Assembly: GCA_964016885.1 (NCBI GenBank)
Contig: OZ024745.1
Coordinates: 9,982,001 to 10,046,000, forward strand
DNA length: 64,000 nt
Direction of reading: 5' to 3'
Source: Eledone cirrhosa
Lineage: Eukaryota
Below the pieces are notes generated by a model. The model worked only from the letters and a program-made list of their open reading frames with translations. It did no database searches and was not told the origin of the DNA. Of the stretch, positions 28,701-43,215 are shown piece after piece (position 1 is the first letter of the stretch; each line of letters begins with the position of its first letter). The translations under genes were made by a program, and so were the position numbers.

Positions 28701-31700
28701 TTAAGCTAGTATAGGGTGGGTATATCTTAAGCTAGTATAGGGTGAGTATATATTAAGCTAGTATAGGGTGGGTATATCTTAAGCTAGTAGGGTGGGTATA
28801 TCTTAAGCTAGTATAGGGTGAGTATATCTTAAGCTAGTATAGGGTGAGTATATCTTAAACTAGTATAGGGTGGGTATATCTTAAGCTAGTATAGGGTGGG
28901 TATATCTTAAGCTAGTATAGGGTGGGTATATCTTAAGCTAGTATAGGGTGGGTATATCTTAAGCTAGTATAGGGTGGGTATATCTTAAACTAGTATAGGG
29001 TGAGTATATCTTAAGCTAGTATAGGGTGGGTATATCTTAAGCTAGTAAGGGTGGGTATATCTTAAGCTAGTATAGGGTGGGTATATCTTAAGCTAGTATA
29101 GGGTGAGTATATATTAAGCTAGTATAGGGTGGGTATATCTTAAGCTAGTAGGGTGGGTATATCTTAAGCTAGTATAGGGTGAGTATATCTTAAGCTAGTA
29201 TAGGGTGAGTATATCTTAAACTAGTATAGGGTGGGTATATCTTAAGCTAGTATAGGGTGGGTATATCTTAAGCTAGTATAGGGTGGGTATATCTTAAGCT
29301 AGTATAGGGTGGGTATATCTTAAGCTAGTATAAGGTGGGTATATCTTAAACTAGTATAGGGTGGGTATATCTTAAGCTAGTATAGGGTGGGTATATCTTA
29401 AGCTGATATAGGGTGGGTATATCTTAAGCTAGTATAGGGTGGGTATATCTTAAGCTAGTATAGAGTGGGTATATCTTAAGCTAGTATAGGGTGGGTATAT
29501 CTTAAGCTAGTATAGGGTGAGTATATCTTAAACCAGTATAGGGTGGGTATATCTTAAGCTAGTATAGGGTGGGTATATCTTAAGCTAGTATAGGGTGGGT
29601 ATATCTTAAACTAGTTAGGGTGGGTATATCTTAAGCTAGTATAGGGTGGGTATATCTTAAGCTAGTATAGGGTGAGTATATCTTAAGCTAATATAGGGTG
29701 GGTATATCTTAAACTAGTATAGGGTGAGTATATCTTAAACTAGTATAGGTGGGTATATCTTAAGCTAGTATAGGGTGGGTATATTTTAAGCTAGTATAGG
29801 GTGAGTATATCTTAAACTAGTATAGGGTGGGTATATCTTAAGCTAGTATAGGGTGGGTATATCTTAAGCTAGTAGGGTGAGTATATATTAAGCTTGTATA
29901 GGGTGGGTATATCTTAAGCTAGTATAGGGTGAGTATATATTAAGCAAGTATAGGGTGGGTATATCTTAAGCTAGTATAGGGTGGGTATATCTTAAGCTAG
30001 TATAGGGTGGGTATATCTTAAGCTAGTAGGGTGAGTATATCTTAAGCTAGTATAGGGTGGGTATATCTTAAGCTAGTATAGGGTGGGTATATATTAAGCT
30101 AGTATAGGGTGAGTATATCTTAAGCTAGTATAGGGTGGGTATATCTTAAGCTAGTATAGGGTGGGTATATCTTAAGCTAGTATAGGGTGGGTATATCTTA
30201 AGCTAGTATAGGGTGGGTATATCTTAAGTTAGTATAGGGTGGGTATATCTTAAGCTAGTTAGGGTGGTATATCTTAAGCTAGTAGGGTGGGTATATCTTA
30301 AGCTAGTATAGGGTGGGTATATCTTAAGCTAGTATAGGGTGGGTATATCTTAAGCTAGTATAGTGTGGGTATATCTTAAGCTAGTATAGGGTGGGTATAT
30401 CTTAAGCTAGTATAGGGTGGGTATATCTTAAGCTAGTATAGGGTGAGTATATCTTAAGCTAGTATAGGGTGGGTATATCTTAAGCTAGTATAGGGTGGGT
30501 ATATCTTAAGCTAGTATAGGGTGGGTATATCTTAAGCTAGTATAGGGTGAGTATATCTTAAGCTAGTATAGGGTGAGTATATCTTAAGCTAGTATAGGGT
30601 GGGTATATCTTAAGCTAGTATAGGGTGGGTATATCTTAAACTAGTATAGGGTGAGTATATCTTAAGCTAGTATAGGGTGGGTATATCTTAAGCTAGTATA
30701 GGGTGGGTATATCTTAAGCTAGTATAGGGTGAGTATATCTTAAGCTAGTATAGGGTGGGTATATCTTAAGCTAGTATAGGGTGGGTATATCTTAAACTAG
30801 TATAGGGTGAGTATATCTTAAGCTAGTATAGGGTGGGTATATCTTAAGCTAGTATAGGGTGGGTATATCTTAAGCTAGTATAGGGTGGGTATATCTTAAA
30901 CTAGTATAGGGTGAGTATATCTTAAGCTAGTATAGGGTGGGTATATCTTAAGCTAGTATAGGGTGGGTATATCTTAAGCTAGTATAGGGTGGGTATATCT
31001 TAAGCTAGTATAGGGTGAGTATATATTAAGCTAGTATAGGGTGGGTATATCTTAAGCTAGTAGGGTGGGTATATCTTAAGCTAGTATAGGGTGAGTATAT
31101 CTTAAGCTAGTATAGGGTGAGTATATCTTAAACTAGTACAGGGTGGGTATATATTAAGCTAGTATAGGGTGGGTATATCTTAAGCTAGTAGGGTGGGTAT
31201 ATCTTAAGCTAGTATAGGGTGGGTATATCCTAAACTAGTATAGGGTGAGTATATCTTAAACTAGTATAGGTGGGTATATCTTAAACTAGTATAGGGTGGG
31301 TATATCTTAAGCTAGTATAGGGTGGGTATATCTTAAGCTAGTATAGGGTGGGTATATCTTAAGCTAGTATAGGGTGGGTATATCTTAAACTAGTATAGGG
31401 TGGGTATATCTTAAGCTAGTATAGGGTGGGTATATCTTAAGCTAGTATAGGGTGGGTATATCTTAAGCTAGTATAGGGTGGGTATATCTTAAGCTAGTAT
31501 AGGGTGGGTATATCTTAAGCTAGTATAGGGTGAGTATATCTTAAGCTATAATAGGGTGGGTATATCTTAAGCTAGTATAGGGTGGGTATATCTTAAGCTA
31601 GTATAGGGTGGGTATATCTTAAACTAGTATAGGGTGAGTATATCTTAAGCTAGTATAGGGTGGGTATATCTTAAGCTAGTATAGGGTGGGTATATCTTAA

Positions 31701-34700
31701 GCTAGTATAGGGTGGGTATATCTTAAGCTAGTATAGGGTGAGTATATATTAAGCTAGTATAGGGTGGGTATATCTTAAGCTAGTAGGGTGGGTATATCTT
31801 AAGCTAGTATAGGGTGAGTATATCTTAAGCTAGTATAGGGTGAGTATATCTTAAACTAGTATAGGGTGGGTATATATTAAGCTAGTATAGGGTGGGTATA
31901 TCTTAAGCTAGTAGGGTGGGTATATCTTAAGCTAGTATAGGGTGGGTATATCCTAAACTAGTATAGGGTGAGTATATCTTAAACTAGTATAGGTGGGTAT
32001 ATCTTAAACTAGTATAGGGTGGGTATATCTTAAGCTAGTATAGGGTGGGTATATCTTAAGCTAGTATAGGGTGGGTATATATTAAGCTAGTATAGGGTGG
32101 GTATATCTTAAACTAGTATAGGGTGGGTATATCTTAAGCTAGTATAGGGTGGGTATATCTTAAGCTAGTATAGGGTGGGTATATCTTAAGCTAGTATAGG
32201 GTGGGTATATCTTAAGCTAGTATAGGGTGGGTATATCTTAAGCTAGTATAGGGTGGGTATATCTTAAGCTAGTATAGGGTGAGTATATCTTAAGCTAGTA
32301 TAGGGTGGGTATATCTTAAGCTAGTATAGGGTGGGTATATCTTAAGCTAGTATAGGGTGGGTATATCTTAAACTAGTATAGGGTGAGTATATCTTAAGCT
32401 AGTATAGGGTGGGTATATCTTAAGCTAGTATAGGGTGGGTATATCTTAAGCTAGTATAGGGTGGGTATATCTTAAGCTAGTATAGGGTGAGTATATATTA
32501 AGCTAGTATAGGGTGGGTATATCTTAAGCTAGTAGGGTGGGTATATCTTAAGCTAGTATAGGGTGAGTATATCTTAAGCTAGTATAGGGTGAGTATATCT
32601 TAAACTAGTATAGGGTGGGTATATCTTAAGCTAGTATAGGGTGGGTATATCTTAAGCTAGTATAGGGTGGGTATATCTTAAGCTAGTATAGGGTGGGTAT
32701 ATCTTAAGCTAGTATAGGGTGGGTATATCTTAAACTAGTATAGGGTGGGTATATCTTAAGCTAGTATAGGGTGGGTATATCTTAAGCTGATATAGGGTGG
32801 GTATATCTTAAGCTAGTATAGGGTGGGTATATCTTAAGCTAGTATAGGGTGGGTATATCTTAAGCTAGTATAGGGTGGGTATATCTTAACCTAGTATAGG
32901 GTGAGTATATCTTAAACCAGTATAGGGTGGGTATATCTTAAGCTAGTATAGGGTGGGTATATCTTAAGCTAGTATAGGGTGGGTATATCTTAAACTAGTA
33001 TAGGGTGGGTATATCTTAAGCTAGTATAGGGTGGGTATATCTTAAGCTAGTATAGGGTGGGTATATCTTAAGCTAGTATAGGGTGGGTATATCTTAAGCT
33101 AGTATAGGGTGGGTATATCTTAAGCTAGTATAGGGTGGGTATATCTTAAGCTAGTATAGGGTGGGTATATCTTAAGCTAGTATAGGGTGAGTATATCTTA
33201 AGCTAGTATAGGGTGGGTATATCTTAAGCTAGTATAGGGTGGGTATATCTTAAGCTAGTATAGGGTGGGTATATCTTAAACTAGTATAGGGTGAGTATAT
33301 CTTAAGCTAGTATAGGGTGGGTATATCTTAAGCTAGTATAGGGTGGGTATATCTTAAGCTAGTATAGGGTGGGTATATCTTAAGCTAGTATAGGGTGAGT
33401 ATATATTAAGCTAGTATAGGGTGGGTATATCTTAAGCTAGTAGGGTGGGTATATCTTAAGCTAGTATAGGGTGAGTATATCTTAAGCTAGTATAGGGTGA
33501 GTATATCTTAAACTAGTATAGGGTGGGTATATCTTAAGCTAGTATAGGGTGGGTATATCTTAAGCTAGTATAGGGTGGGTATATCTTAAGCTAGTATAGG
33601 GTGGGTATATCTTAAGCTAGTATAGGGTGGGTATATCTTAAACTAGTATAGGGTGAGTATATCTTAAGCTAGTATAGGGTGGGTATATCTTAAGCTAGTA
33701 AGGGTGGGTATATCTTAAGCTAGTATAGGGTGGGTATATCTTAAGCTAGTATAGGGTGAGTATATATTAAGCTAGTATAGGGTGGGTATATCTTAAGCTA
33801 GTAGGGTGGGTATATCTTAAGCTAGTATAGGGTGAGTATATCTTAAGCTAGTATAGGGTGAGTATATCTTAAACTAGTATAGGGTGGGTATATCTTAAGC
33901 TAGTATAGGGTGGGTATATCTTAAGCTAGTATAGGGTGGGTATATCTTAAGCTAGTATAGGGTGGGTATATCTTAAGCTAGTATAAGGTGGGTATATCTT
34001 AAACTAGTATAGGGTGGGTATATCTTAAGCTAGTATAGGGTGGGTATATCTTAAGCTGATATAGGGTGGGTATATCTTAAGCTAGTATAGGGTGGGTATA
34101 TCTTAAGCTAGTATAGAGTGGGTATATCTTAAGCTAGTATAGGGTGGGTATATCTTAAGCTAGTATAGGGTGAGTATATCTTAAACCAGTATAGGGTGGG
34201 TATATCTTAAGCTAGTATAGGGTGGGTATATCTTAAGCTAGTATAGGGTGGGTATATCTTAAACTAGTTAGGGTGGGTATATCTTAAGCTAGTATAGGGT
34301 GGGTATATCTTAAGCTAGTATAGGGTGAGTATATCTTAAGCTAATATAGGGTGGGTATATCTTAAACTAGTATAGGGTGAGTATATCTTAAACTAGTATA
34401 GGTGGGTATATCTTAAGCTAGTATAGGGTGGGTATATTTTAAGCTAGTATAGGGTGAGTATATCTTAAACTAGTATAGGGTGGGTATATCTTAAGCTAGT
34501 ATAGGGTGGGTATATCTTAAGCTAGTAGGGTGAGTATATATTAAGCTTGTATAGGGTGGGTATATCTTAAGCTAGTATAGGGTGAGTATATATTAAGCAA
34601 GTATAGGGTGGGTATATCTTAAGCTAGTATAGGGTGGGTATATCTTAAGCTAGTATAGGGTGGGTATATCTTAAGCTAGTAGGGTGAGTATATCTTAAGC

Positions 34701-37700
34701 TAGTATAGGGTGGGTATATCTTAAGCTAGTATAGGGTGGGTATATATTAAGCTAGTATAGGGTGAGTATATCTTAAGCTAGTATAGGGTGGGTATATCTT
34801 AAGCTAGTATAGGGTGGGTATATCTTAAGCTAGTATAGGGTGGGTATATCTTAAGCTAGTATAGGGTGGGTATATCTTAAGTTAGTATAGGGTGGGTATA
34901 TCTTAAGCTAGTTAGGGTGGTATATCTTAAGCTAGTAGGGTGGGTATATCTTAAGCTAGTATAGGGTGGGTATATCTTAAGCTAGTATAGGGTGGGTATA
35001 TCTTAAGCTAGTATAGTGTGGGTATATCTTAAGCTAGTATAGGGTGGGTATATCTTAAGCTAGTATAGGGTGGGTATATCTTAAGCTAGTATAGGGTGAG
35101 TATATCTTAAGCTAGTATAGGGTGGGTATATCTTAAGCTAGTATAGGGTGGGTATATCTTAAGCTAGTATAGGGTGGGTATATCTTAAGCTAGTATAGGG
35201 TGAGTATATCTTAAGCTAGTATAGGGTGAGTATATCTTAAGCTAGTATAGGGTGGGTATATCTTAAGCTAGTATAGGGTGGGTATATCTTAAACTAGTAT
35301 AGGGTGAGTATATCTTAAGCTAGTATAGGGTGGGTATATCTTAAGCTAGTATAGGGTGGGTATATCTTAAGCTAGTATAGGGTGAGTATATCTTAAGCTA
35401 GTATAGGGTGGGTATATCTTAAGCTAGTATAGGGTGGGTATATCTTAAACTAGTATAGGGTGAGTATATCTTAAGCTAGTATAGGGTGGGTATATCTTAA
35501 GCTAGTATAGGGTGGGTATATCTTAAGCTAGTATAGGGTGGGTATATCTTAAACTAGTATAGGGTGAGTATATCTTAAGCTATGATAGGGTGGGTATATC
35601 TTAAGCTAGTATAGGGTGGGTATATCTTAAGCTAGTATAGGGTGGGTATATCTTAAGCTAGTATAGGGTGAGTATATATTAAGCTAGTATAGGGTGGGTA
35701 TATCTTAAGCTAGTAGGGTGGGTATATCTTAAGCTAGTATAGGGTGAGTATATCTTAAGCTAGTATAGGGTGAGTATATCTTAAACTAGTATAGGGTGGG
35801 TATATATTAAGCTAGTATAGGGTGGGTATATCTTAAGCTAGTAGGGTGGGTATATCTTAAGCTAGTATAGGGTGGGTATATCCTAAACTAGTATAGGGTG
35901 AGTATATCTTAAACTAGTATAGGTGGGTATATCTTAAACTAGTATAGGGTGGGTATATCTTAAGCTAGTATAGGGTGGGTATATCTTAAGCTAGTATAGG
36001 GTGGGTATATCTTAAGCTAGTATAGGGTGGGTATATCTTAAACTAGTATAGGGTGGGTATATCTTAAGCTAGTATAGGGTGGGTATATCTTAAGCTAGTA
36101 TAGGGTGGGTATATCTTAAGCTAGTATAGGGTGGGTATATCTTAAGCTAGTATAGGGTGGGTATATCTTAAGCTAGTATAGGGTGGGTATATCTTAAGCT
36201 AGTATAGGGTGAGTATATCTTAAGCTAGTATAGGGTGGGTATATCTTAAGCTAGTATAGGGTGGGTATATCTTAAGCTAGTATAGGGTGGGTATATCTTA
36301 AACTAGTATAGGGTGAGTATATCTTAAGCTAGTATAGGGTGGGTATATCTTAAGCTAGTATAGGGTGGGTATATCTTAAGCTAGTATAGGGTGGGTATAT
36401 CTTAAGCTAGTATAGGGTGAGTATATATTAAGCTAGTATAGGGTGGGTATATCTTAAGCTAGTAGGGTGGGTATATCTTAAGCTAGTATAGGGTGAGTAT
36501 ATCTTAAGCTAGTATAGGGTGAGTATATCTTAAACTAGTATAGGGTGGGTATATCTTAAGCTAGTATAGGGTGGGTATATCTTAAGCTAGTATAGGGTGG
36601 GTATATCTTAAGCTAGTATAGGGTGGGTATATCTTAAGCTAGTATAGGGTGGGTATATCTTAAACTAGTATAGGGTGGGTATATCTTAAGCTAGTATAGG
36701 GTGGGTATATCTTAAGCTGATATAGGGTGGGTATATCTTAAGCTAGTATAGGGTGGGTATATCTTAAGCTAGTATAGGGTGGGTATATCTTAAGCTAGTA
36801 TAGGGTGGGTATATCTTAAGCTAGTATAGGGTGAGTATATCTTAAACCAGTATAGGGTGGGTATATCTTAAGCTAGTATAGGGTGGGTATATCTTAAGCT
36901 AGTATAGGGTGGGTATATCTTAAACTAGTATAGGGTGGGTATATCTTAAGCTAGTATAGGGTGGGTATATCTTAAGCTAGTATAGGGTGGGTATATCTTA
37001 AGCTAGTATAGGGTGGGTATATCTTAAGCTAGTATAGGGTGGGTATATCTTAAGCTAGTATAGGGTGGGTATATCTTAAGCTAGTATAGGGTGGGTATAT
37101 CTTAAGCTAGTATAGGGTGAGTATATCTTAAGCTAGTGTAGGGTGGGTATATCTTAAGCTAGTATAGGGTGGGTATATCTTAAGCTAGTATAGGGTGGGT
37201 ATATCTTAAACTAGTATAGGGTGAGTATATCTTAAGCTAGTATAGGGTGGGTATATCTTAAGCTAGTATAGGGTGGGTATATCTTAAGCTAGTATAGGGT
37301 GGGTATATCTTAAGCTAGTATGGGGTGAGTATATATTAAGCTAGTATAGGGTGGGTATATCTTAAGCTAGTAGGGTGGGTATATCTTAAGCTAGTATAGG
37401 GTGAGTATATCTTAAGCTAGTATAGGGTGAGTATATCTTAAACTAGTATAGGGTGGGTATATCTTAAGCTAGTATAGGGTGGGTATATCTTAAGCTAGTA
37501 TAGGGTGGGTATATCTTAAGCTAGTATAGGGTGGGTATATCTTAAGCTAGTATAGGGTGGGTATATCTTAAACTAGTATAGGGTGGGTATATCTTAAGCT
37601 AGTATAGGGTGGGTATATCTTAAGCTGATATAGGGTGGGTATATCTTAAGCTAGTATAGGGTGGGTATATCTTAAGCTAGTATAGGGTGGGTATATCTTA

Positions 37701-40700
37701 AGCTAGTATAGGGTGGGTATATCTTAAGCTAGTAGGGTGGGTATATCTTAAGCTAGTATAGGGTGAGTATATCTTAAGCTAGTATAGGGTGAGTATATCT
37801 TAAACTAGTATAGGGTGGGTATATCTTAAGCTAGTATAGGGTGGGTATATCTTAAGCTAGTATAGGGTGGGTATATCTTAAGCTAGTATAGGGTGGGTAT
37901 ATCTTAAGCTAGTATAGGGTGGGTATATCTTAAACTAGTATAGGGTGGGTATATCTTAAGCTAGTATAGGGTGGGTATATCTTAAGCTGATATAGGGTGG
38001 GTATATCTTAAGCTAGTATAGGGTGGGTATATCTTAAGCTAGTATAGAGTGGGTATATCTTAAGCTAGTATAGGGTGGGTATATCTTAAGGTAGTATAGG
38101 GTGAGTATATCTTAAACCAGTATAGGGTGGGTATATCTTAAGCTAGTATAGTGTGGGTATATCTTAAGCTAGTATAGGGTGGGTATATCTTAAACTAGTT
38201 AGGGTGGGTATATCTTAAGCTAGTATAGGGTGGGTATATCTTAAGCTAGTATAGGGTGAGTATATCTTAAGCTAATATAGGGTGGGTATATCTTAAACTA
38301 GTATAGGGTGAGTATATCTTAAACTAGTATAGGTGGGTATATCTTAAGCTAGTATAGGGTGGGTATATTTTAAGCTAGTATAGGGTGAGTATATCTTAAA
38401 CTAGTATAGGGTGGGTATATCTTAAGCTAGTATAGGGTGGGTATATCTTAAGCTAGTAGGGTGAGTATATATTAAGCTTGTATAGGGTGGGTATATCTTA
38501 AGCTAGTATAGGGTGAGTATATATTAAGCTAGTATAGGGTGGGTATATCTTAAGCTAGTATAGGGTGGGTATATCTTAAGCTAGTATAGGGTGGGTATAT
38601 CTTAAGCTAGTAGGGTGAGTATATCTTAAGCTAGTATAGGGTGGGTATATCTTAAGCTAGTATAGGGTGGGTATATATTAGGCTAGTATAGGGTGAGTAT
38701 ATCTTAAGCTAGTAGGGTGGGTATATCTTAAGCTAGTATAGGGTGGGTATATCTTAAGCTAGTATAGGGTGGGTATATCTTAAGCTAGTATAGGGTGGGT
38801 ATATCTTAAGTTAGTATAGGGTGGGTATATCTTAAGCTAGTTAGGGTGGTATATCTTAAGCTAGTAGGGTGGGTATATCTTAAGCTAGTATAGGGTGGGT
38901 ATATCTTAAGCTAGTATAGGGTGGGTATATCTTAAGCTAGTATAGTGTGGGTATATCTTAAGCTAGTTAGGGTGGGTATATCTTAAGCTAGTATAGGGTG
39001 GGTATATCTTAAACTAGTATAGGGTGGGTATATCTTAAGCTAGTAGGGTGGGTATATCTTAAGCTAGTATAGGGTGAGTATATCTTAAGCTAGTATAGGG
39101 TGAGTATATCTTAAACTAGTATAGGGTGGGTATATCTTAAGCTAGTATAGGGTAGGTATATCTTAAGCTAGTATAGGGTGGGTATATCTTAAGCTAGTAT
39201 AGGGTGGGTATATCTTAAGCTAGTATAGGGTGGGTATATCTTAAACTAGTATAGGGTGGGTATATCTTAAGCTAGTATAGGGTGGGTATATCTTAAGCTG
39301 ATATAGGGTGGGTATATCTTAAGCTAGTATAGGGTGGGTATATCTTAAGCTAGTATAGAGTGGGTATATCTTAAGCTAGTATAGGGTGGGTATATCTTAA
39401 GCTAGTATAGGGTGAGTATATCTTAAACCAGTATAGGGTGGGTATATCTTAAGCTAGTATAGGGTGGGTATATCTTAAACTAGTTAGGGTGGGTATATCT
39501 TAAGCTAGTATAGGGTGGGTATATCTTAAGCTAGTATAGGGTGAGTATATCTTAAGCTAATATAGGGTGGGTATATCTTAAACTAGTATAGGTGGGTATA
39601 TCTTAAGCTAGTATAGGGTGGGTATATTTTAAGCTAGTATAGGGTGAGTATATCTTAAGCTAGTATAGGGTGGGTATATCTTAAGCTAGTATAGGGTGAG
39701 TATATCTTAAGCTAATATAGGGTGGGTATATCTTAAACTAGTATAGGTGGGTATATCTTAAGCTAGTATAGGGTGGGTATATTTTAAGCTAGTATAGGGT
39801 GAGTATATCTTAAACTAGTATAGGGTGGGTATATCTTAAGCTAGTATAGGGTGGGTATATCTTAAGCTAGTAGGGTGAGTATATATTAAGCTTGTATAGG
39901 GTGGGTATATCTTAAGCTAGTATAGGGTGAGTATATATTAAGCTAGTATAGGGTGGGTATATCTTAAGCTAGTATAGGGTGGGTATATCTTAAGCTAGTA
40001 TAGGGTGGGTATATCTTAAGCTAGTAGGGTGAGTATATCTTAAGCTAGTATAGGGTGGGTATATCTTAAGCTAGTATAGGGTGGGTATATATTAAGCTAG
40101 TATAGGGTGAGTATATCTTAAGCTAGTATAGGGTGGGTATATCTTAAGCTAGTATAGGGTGGGTATATCTTAAGCTAGTATAGGGTGGGTATATCTTAAG
40201 CTAGTATAGGGTGGGTATATCTTAAGTTAGTATAGGGTGGGTATATCTTAAGCTAGTTAGGGTGGTATATCTTAAGCTAGTAGGGTGGGTATATCTTAAG
40301 CTAGTATAGGGTGGGTATATCTTAAGCTAGTATAGGGTGGGTATATCTTAAGCTAGTATAGTGTGGGTATATCTTAAGCTAGTTAGGGTGGGTATATCTT
40401 AAGCTAGTATAGGGTGGGTATATCTTAAACTAGTATAGGGTGGGTATATCTTAAGCTAGTAGGGTGAGTATATCTTAAGCTAGTATAGGGTGGGTATATC
40501 TTAAGCTAGTATAGGGTGGGTATATATTAAGCTAGTATAGGGTGAGTATATCTTAAGCTAGTATAGGGTGGGTATATCTTAAGCTAGTATAGGGTGGGTA
40601 TATCTTAAGCTAGTATAGGGTGGGTATATCTTAAGCTAGTATAGGGTGGGTATATCTTAAGTTAGTATAGGGTGGGTATATCTTAAGCTAGTTAGGGTGG

Positions 40701-41064
40701 TATATCTTAAGCTAGTAGGGTGGGTATATCTTAAGCTAGTATAGGGTGGGTATATCTTAAGCTAGTAGGGTGAGTATATCTTAAGCTAGTATAGGTGGGT
40801 ATATCTTAAGCTAGTATAGGGTGGGTATATCTTAAACTAGTATAGGGTGGGTATATATTAAGCTAGTATAGGGTGAGTCTATCTTAAGCTAGTATAGGTG
40901 GGTATATCTTAAGCTAGTATAGGGTGGGTATATCTTAAACTAGTATAGGGTGGGTATATCTTAAGCTAGTATAGGGTGGGTATATATTAAGCTAGTATAG
41001 GGTGAGTCTATCTTAAGCTAGTATAGGGTGGGTATATCTTAAGCTAGTTAGGGTGGGTATATCT
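10793..41064. repeat. 30.3 kb satellite array of a 26-bp unit (about 1160 copies) filling one intron
   Basis: Unit cttaagctagtatagggtgggtatat with recurring variant monomers. Confidence 0.99.
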
Positions 41065-41204
41065 GACATTTTAAACAGTTGTTGTTGCTTATTGCTAGGT
41101 TATCTACTTTGATTGGGTAAACCTATGATGAAAAAGGTATTTCAGCAGTCTATATCCCATCTTTATGTATATAAATGTATCCTGGTTTTTAAAATAGATA
41201 CACC

Positions 41205-41395
41205 ATATCCCTGCATGTCGTAGAAGGTGACTAAAAGGGTTGGTGTCAGGAAGGACATCTGGCTGTAAAATATTGTTTCAAAACATCTTGTGACTAAGAG
41301 AGTTGGTGCTATGAAGGACATCTGGCTATAAAACATTGTCTCAAAACATCTTTCCAACCCATGCCAGCATGGAAAAGTGGACATAAAAAAAAAAT
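41205..41395 (+). mobile_element. SINE 3' fragment with an internal ~63-bp duplication
   Basis: gttggtgtcaggaaggacatctggctgtaaaa occurs twice; ccatgccagcatggaaaagtggac tail. Confidence 0.6.
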
Positions 41396-41636
41396 GACAA
41401 CACTGCTAAATCTTTCCGTTCATTTTTGAAGACAGAAAGAGTGTGTATGTGAGAAAAATTTGGCTGCTATTTCTAGCAGTCTGAGCAAAAGACAAGTAAG
41501 AGTTTGGTGTAGAGCCACTGTTATAATTGTCAGTTAACTGTCATCCAAGTTGAAATTCTTCCCTTATTTTATGGTTGCTTTAGTTGAGGAGACTATCAAC
41601 TTCTCAGGGTGACTCTGATGATGGCTTAAGATATTA

Positions 41637-41975
41637 TCATCATCATCATCATCATCAGGTTTAGCGTCCGTGTTCCACGCTTGCATGAGTTTGGACGGGG
41701 GTTTTCCCACTTGAGGCAAGAGTGGTTGTCTTGCTCGCATAGGACTGTCTGACGGGTTTTCTACAGTTGGATGCCCTTCCTAACACCAACCACATTTACA
41801 GTGTGGGGCTGGGAGGTTTTTACCGTGTTGCCTACACGGCCACATTACAGCGTGGACTGTCTGGCGGGTTTTCTACAGCTGGATGCCCTTCCTAACACCA
41901 ACCACATTTACAGTGTGGGGCTGGGAGGTTTTTACCGTGTTGCCTACACGGCCACATTTACAGCGTGGACTGTGT
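41637..41975 (-). mobile_element. SINE 3' part with a tandem ~109-bp duplication
   Basis: (CAT)n tail on plus strand; ggatgcccttcctaacaccaacc present twice, reverse complement of the SINE body. Confidence 0.75.
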
Positions 41976-42071
41976 GTTTAGATGGACTGTGATATTAGAT
42001 GGACATTTGGGAATAGGTTGAAACATGAAATATTTTGGATAACTTTAGTGAGGAAAGTTTGCATGACTTAC

Positions 42072-42225
42072 CAACGAGGAGGACTACTAATTGTAAGGAA
42101 GATACAGACACCATATTGTAAACACTGGCTACACCAGAAATCTTCACTGGGGTACTGTATAAGGAGTAAGAAGAATTTTGGATTTCACTGACGAAGAGTC
42201 CTTCCTCACCACCAAGAAGCAAAAA
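42072..42225 (-). CDS. CIT: Citron kinase-like exon: CNH domain (FLLLGGEEGLF...LVVLLVG)
   Basis: 154 bp, cgacag| and |gtaagt, phase 0-1; LLGxEEGL CNH motif. Confidence 0.9.
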
Positions 42226-42634
42226 CTGTCGGAAATAAACAAAGAAACACAAATAAAGTTCACTAACATGATCACAGATTAAAACATTCATAGCCAGACT
42301 CTCGTATGTTTATTATTCATAAACATATCATGTATACTTTCATACACACCTCTATTATGAAGCACACTATGTTAGTACTACTGCTAATTAATCGTAGCCA
42401 ATTAAGTTTGCTCTATATGCAAATGACTATATAAGATTTAACTTAATCTCATTTCAGTACTGAGTAAATGCCACTGATGAAGGACAAAAATATAGAAACA
42501 GTTGCTTGACATTCTCACCAGCTATTGCAATGGCTGTGACAAGATCACAGCTTAAAAAATTCATTGTGAAACTCTAAACATTGTATATGCTTTCAGTTGG
42601 TTGTTTTAGTGTTGAGTGTCATGATAAACAGCAT

Positions 42635-42791
42635 CCAGTCCACACCAAATGTGGTTGGTGTCAGGAAGGGTACCTGGCCAGAAGCAGTTCTGTTTAAGAC
42701 ACAGTCATCTGATCTGGCTTGTCCCATGTCAGGACAACTCATCTACCCCACGCTAGTATGGAAAATGGACGTTAAACGGTGATAATGATAC
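42635..42791 (+). mobile_element. Degenerate SINE 3' fragment
   Basis: gtggttggtgtcaggaaggg...ggaaaatggacgttaaacggtgataatgat. Confidence 0.6.
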
Positions 42792-43215
42792 ATTCTTATT
42801 ATTGTATGATAGAATCCATTAGCACAAAAGGAATGTTAGAACCAAAGTTGGGAAATTATATTCTCAAAAATATGAGTAATAATTCACAGTAATAAACAGA
42901 AGATAATATTTCTGTCAGTTTGTATTTGTTAGATGGATTTTAGATAAATTAATATTGACCCAATACTAGGTGCAGTCAGCTGTGTAGTTTAGAAGTTCAC
43001 TTTTAAAGCATGTAGTTCCAAATTTAATCCTGCTGCTTGGCAATGTATACTGCTATAGTCTCAGGCCAATTAATGTCAGGGAATTTGGTAAATGTGAAAG
43101 TTCCTTGTTGCTATGTATGTGTTTAATTATGAGAAAGTTATTTTACTAAATCTTTTAAAATTCTTTATTTTCAAAATAATTTGAAAATTACAAGCTGTGT
43201 CTTTCATTATATATA

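Noticed and set aside
10793-41064. Telomere-derived array
   Set aside because: TTAGGG appears only in rare variant monomers and there are no tandem hexamer runs
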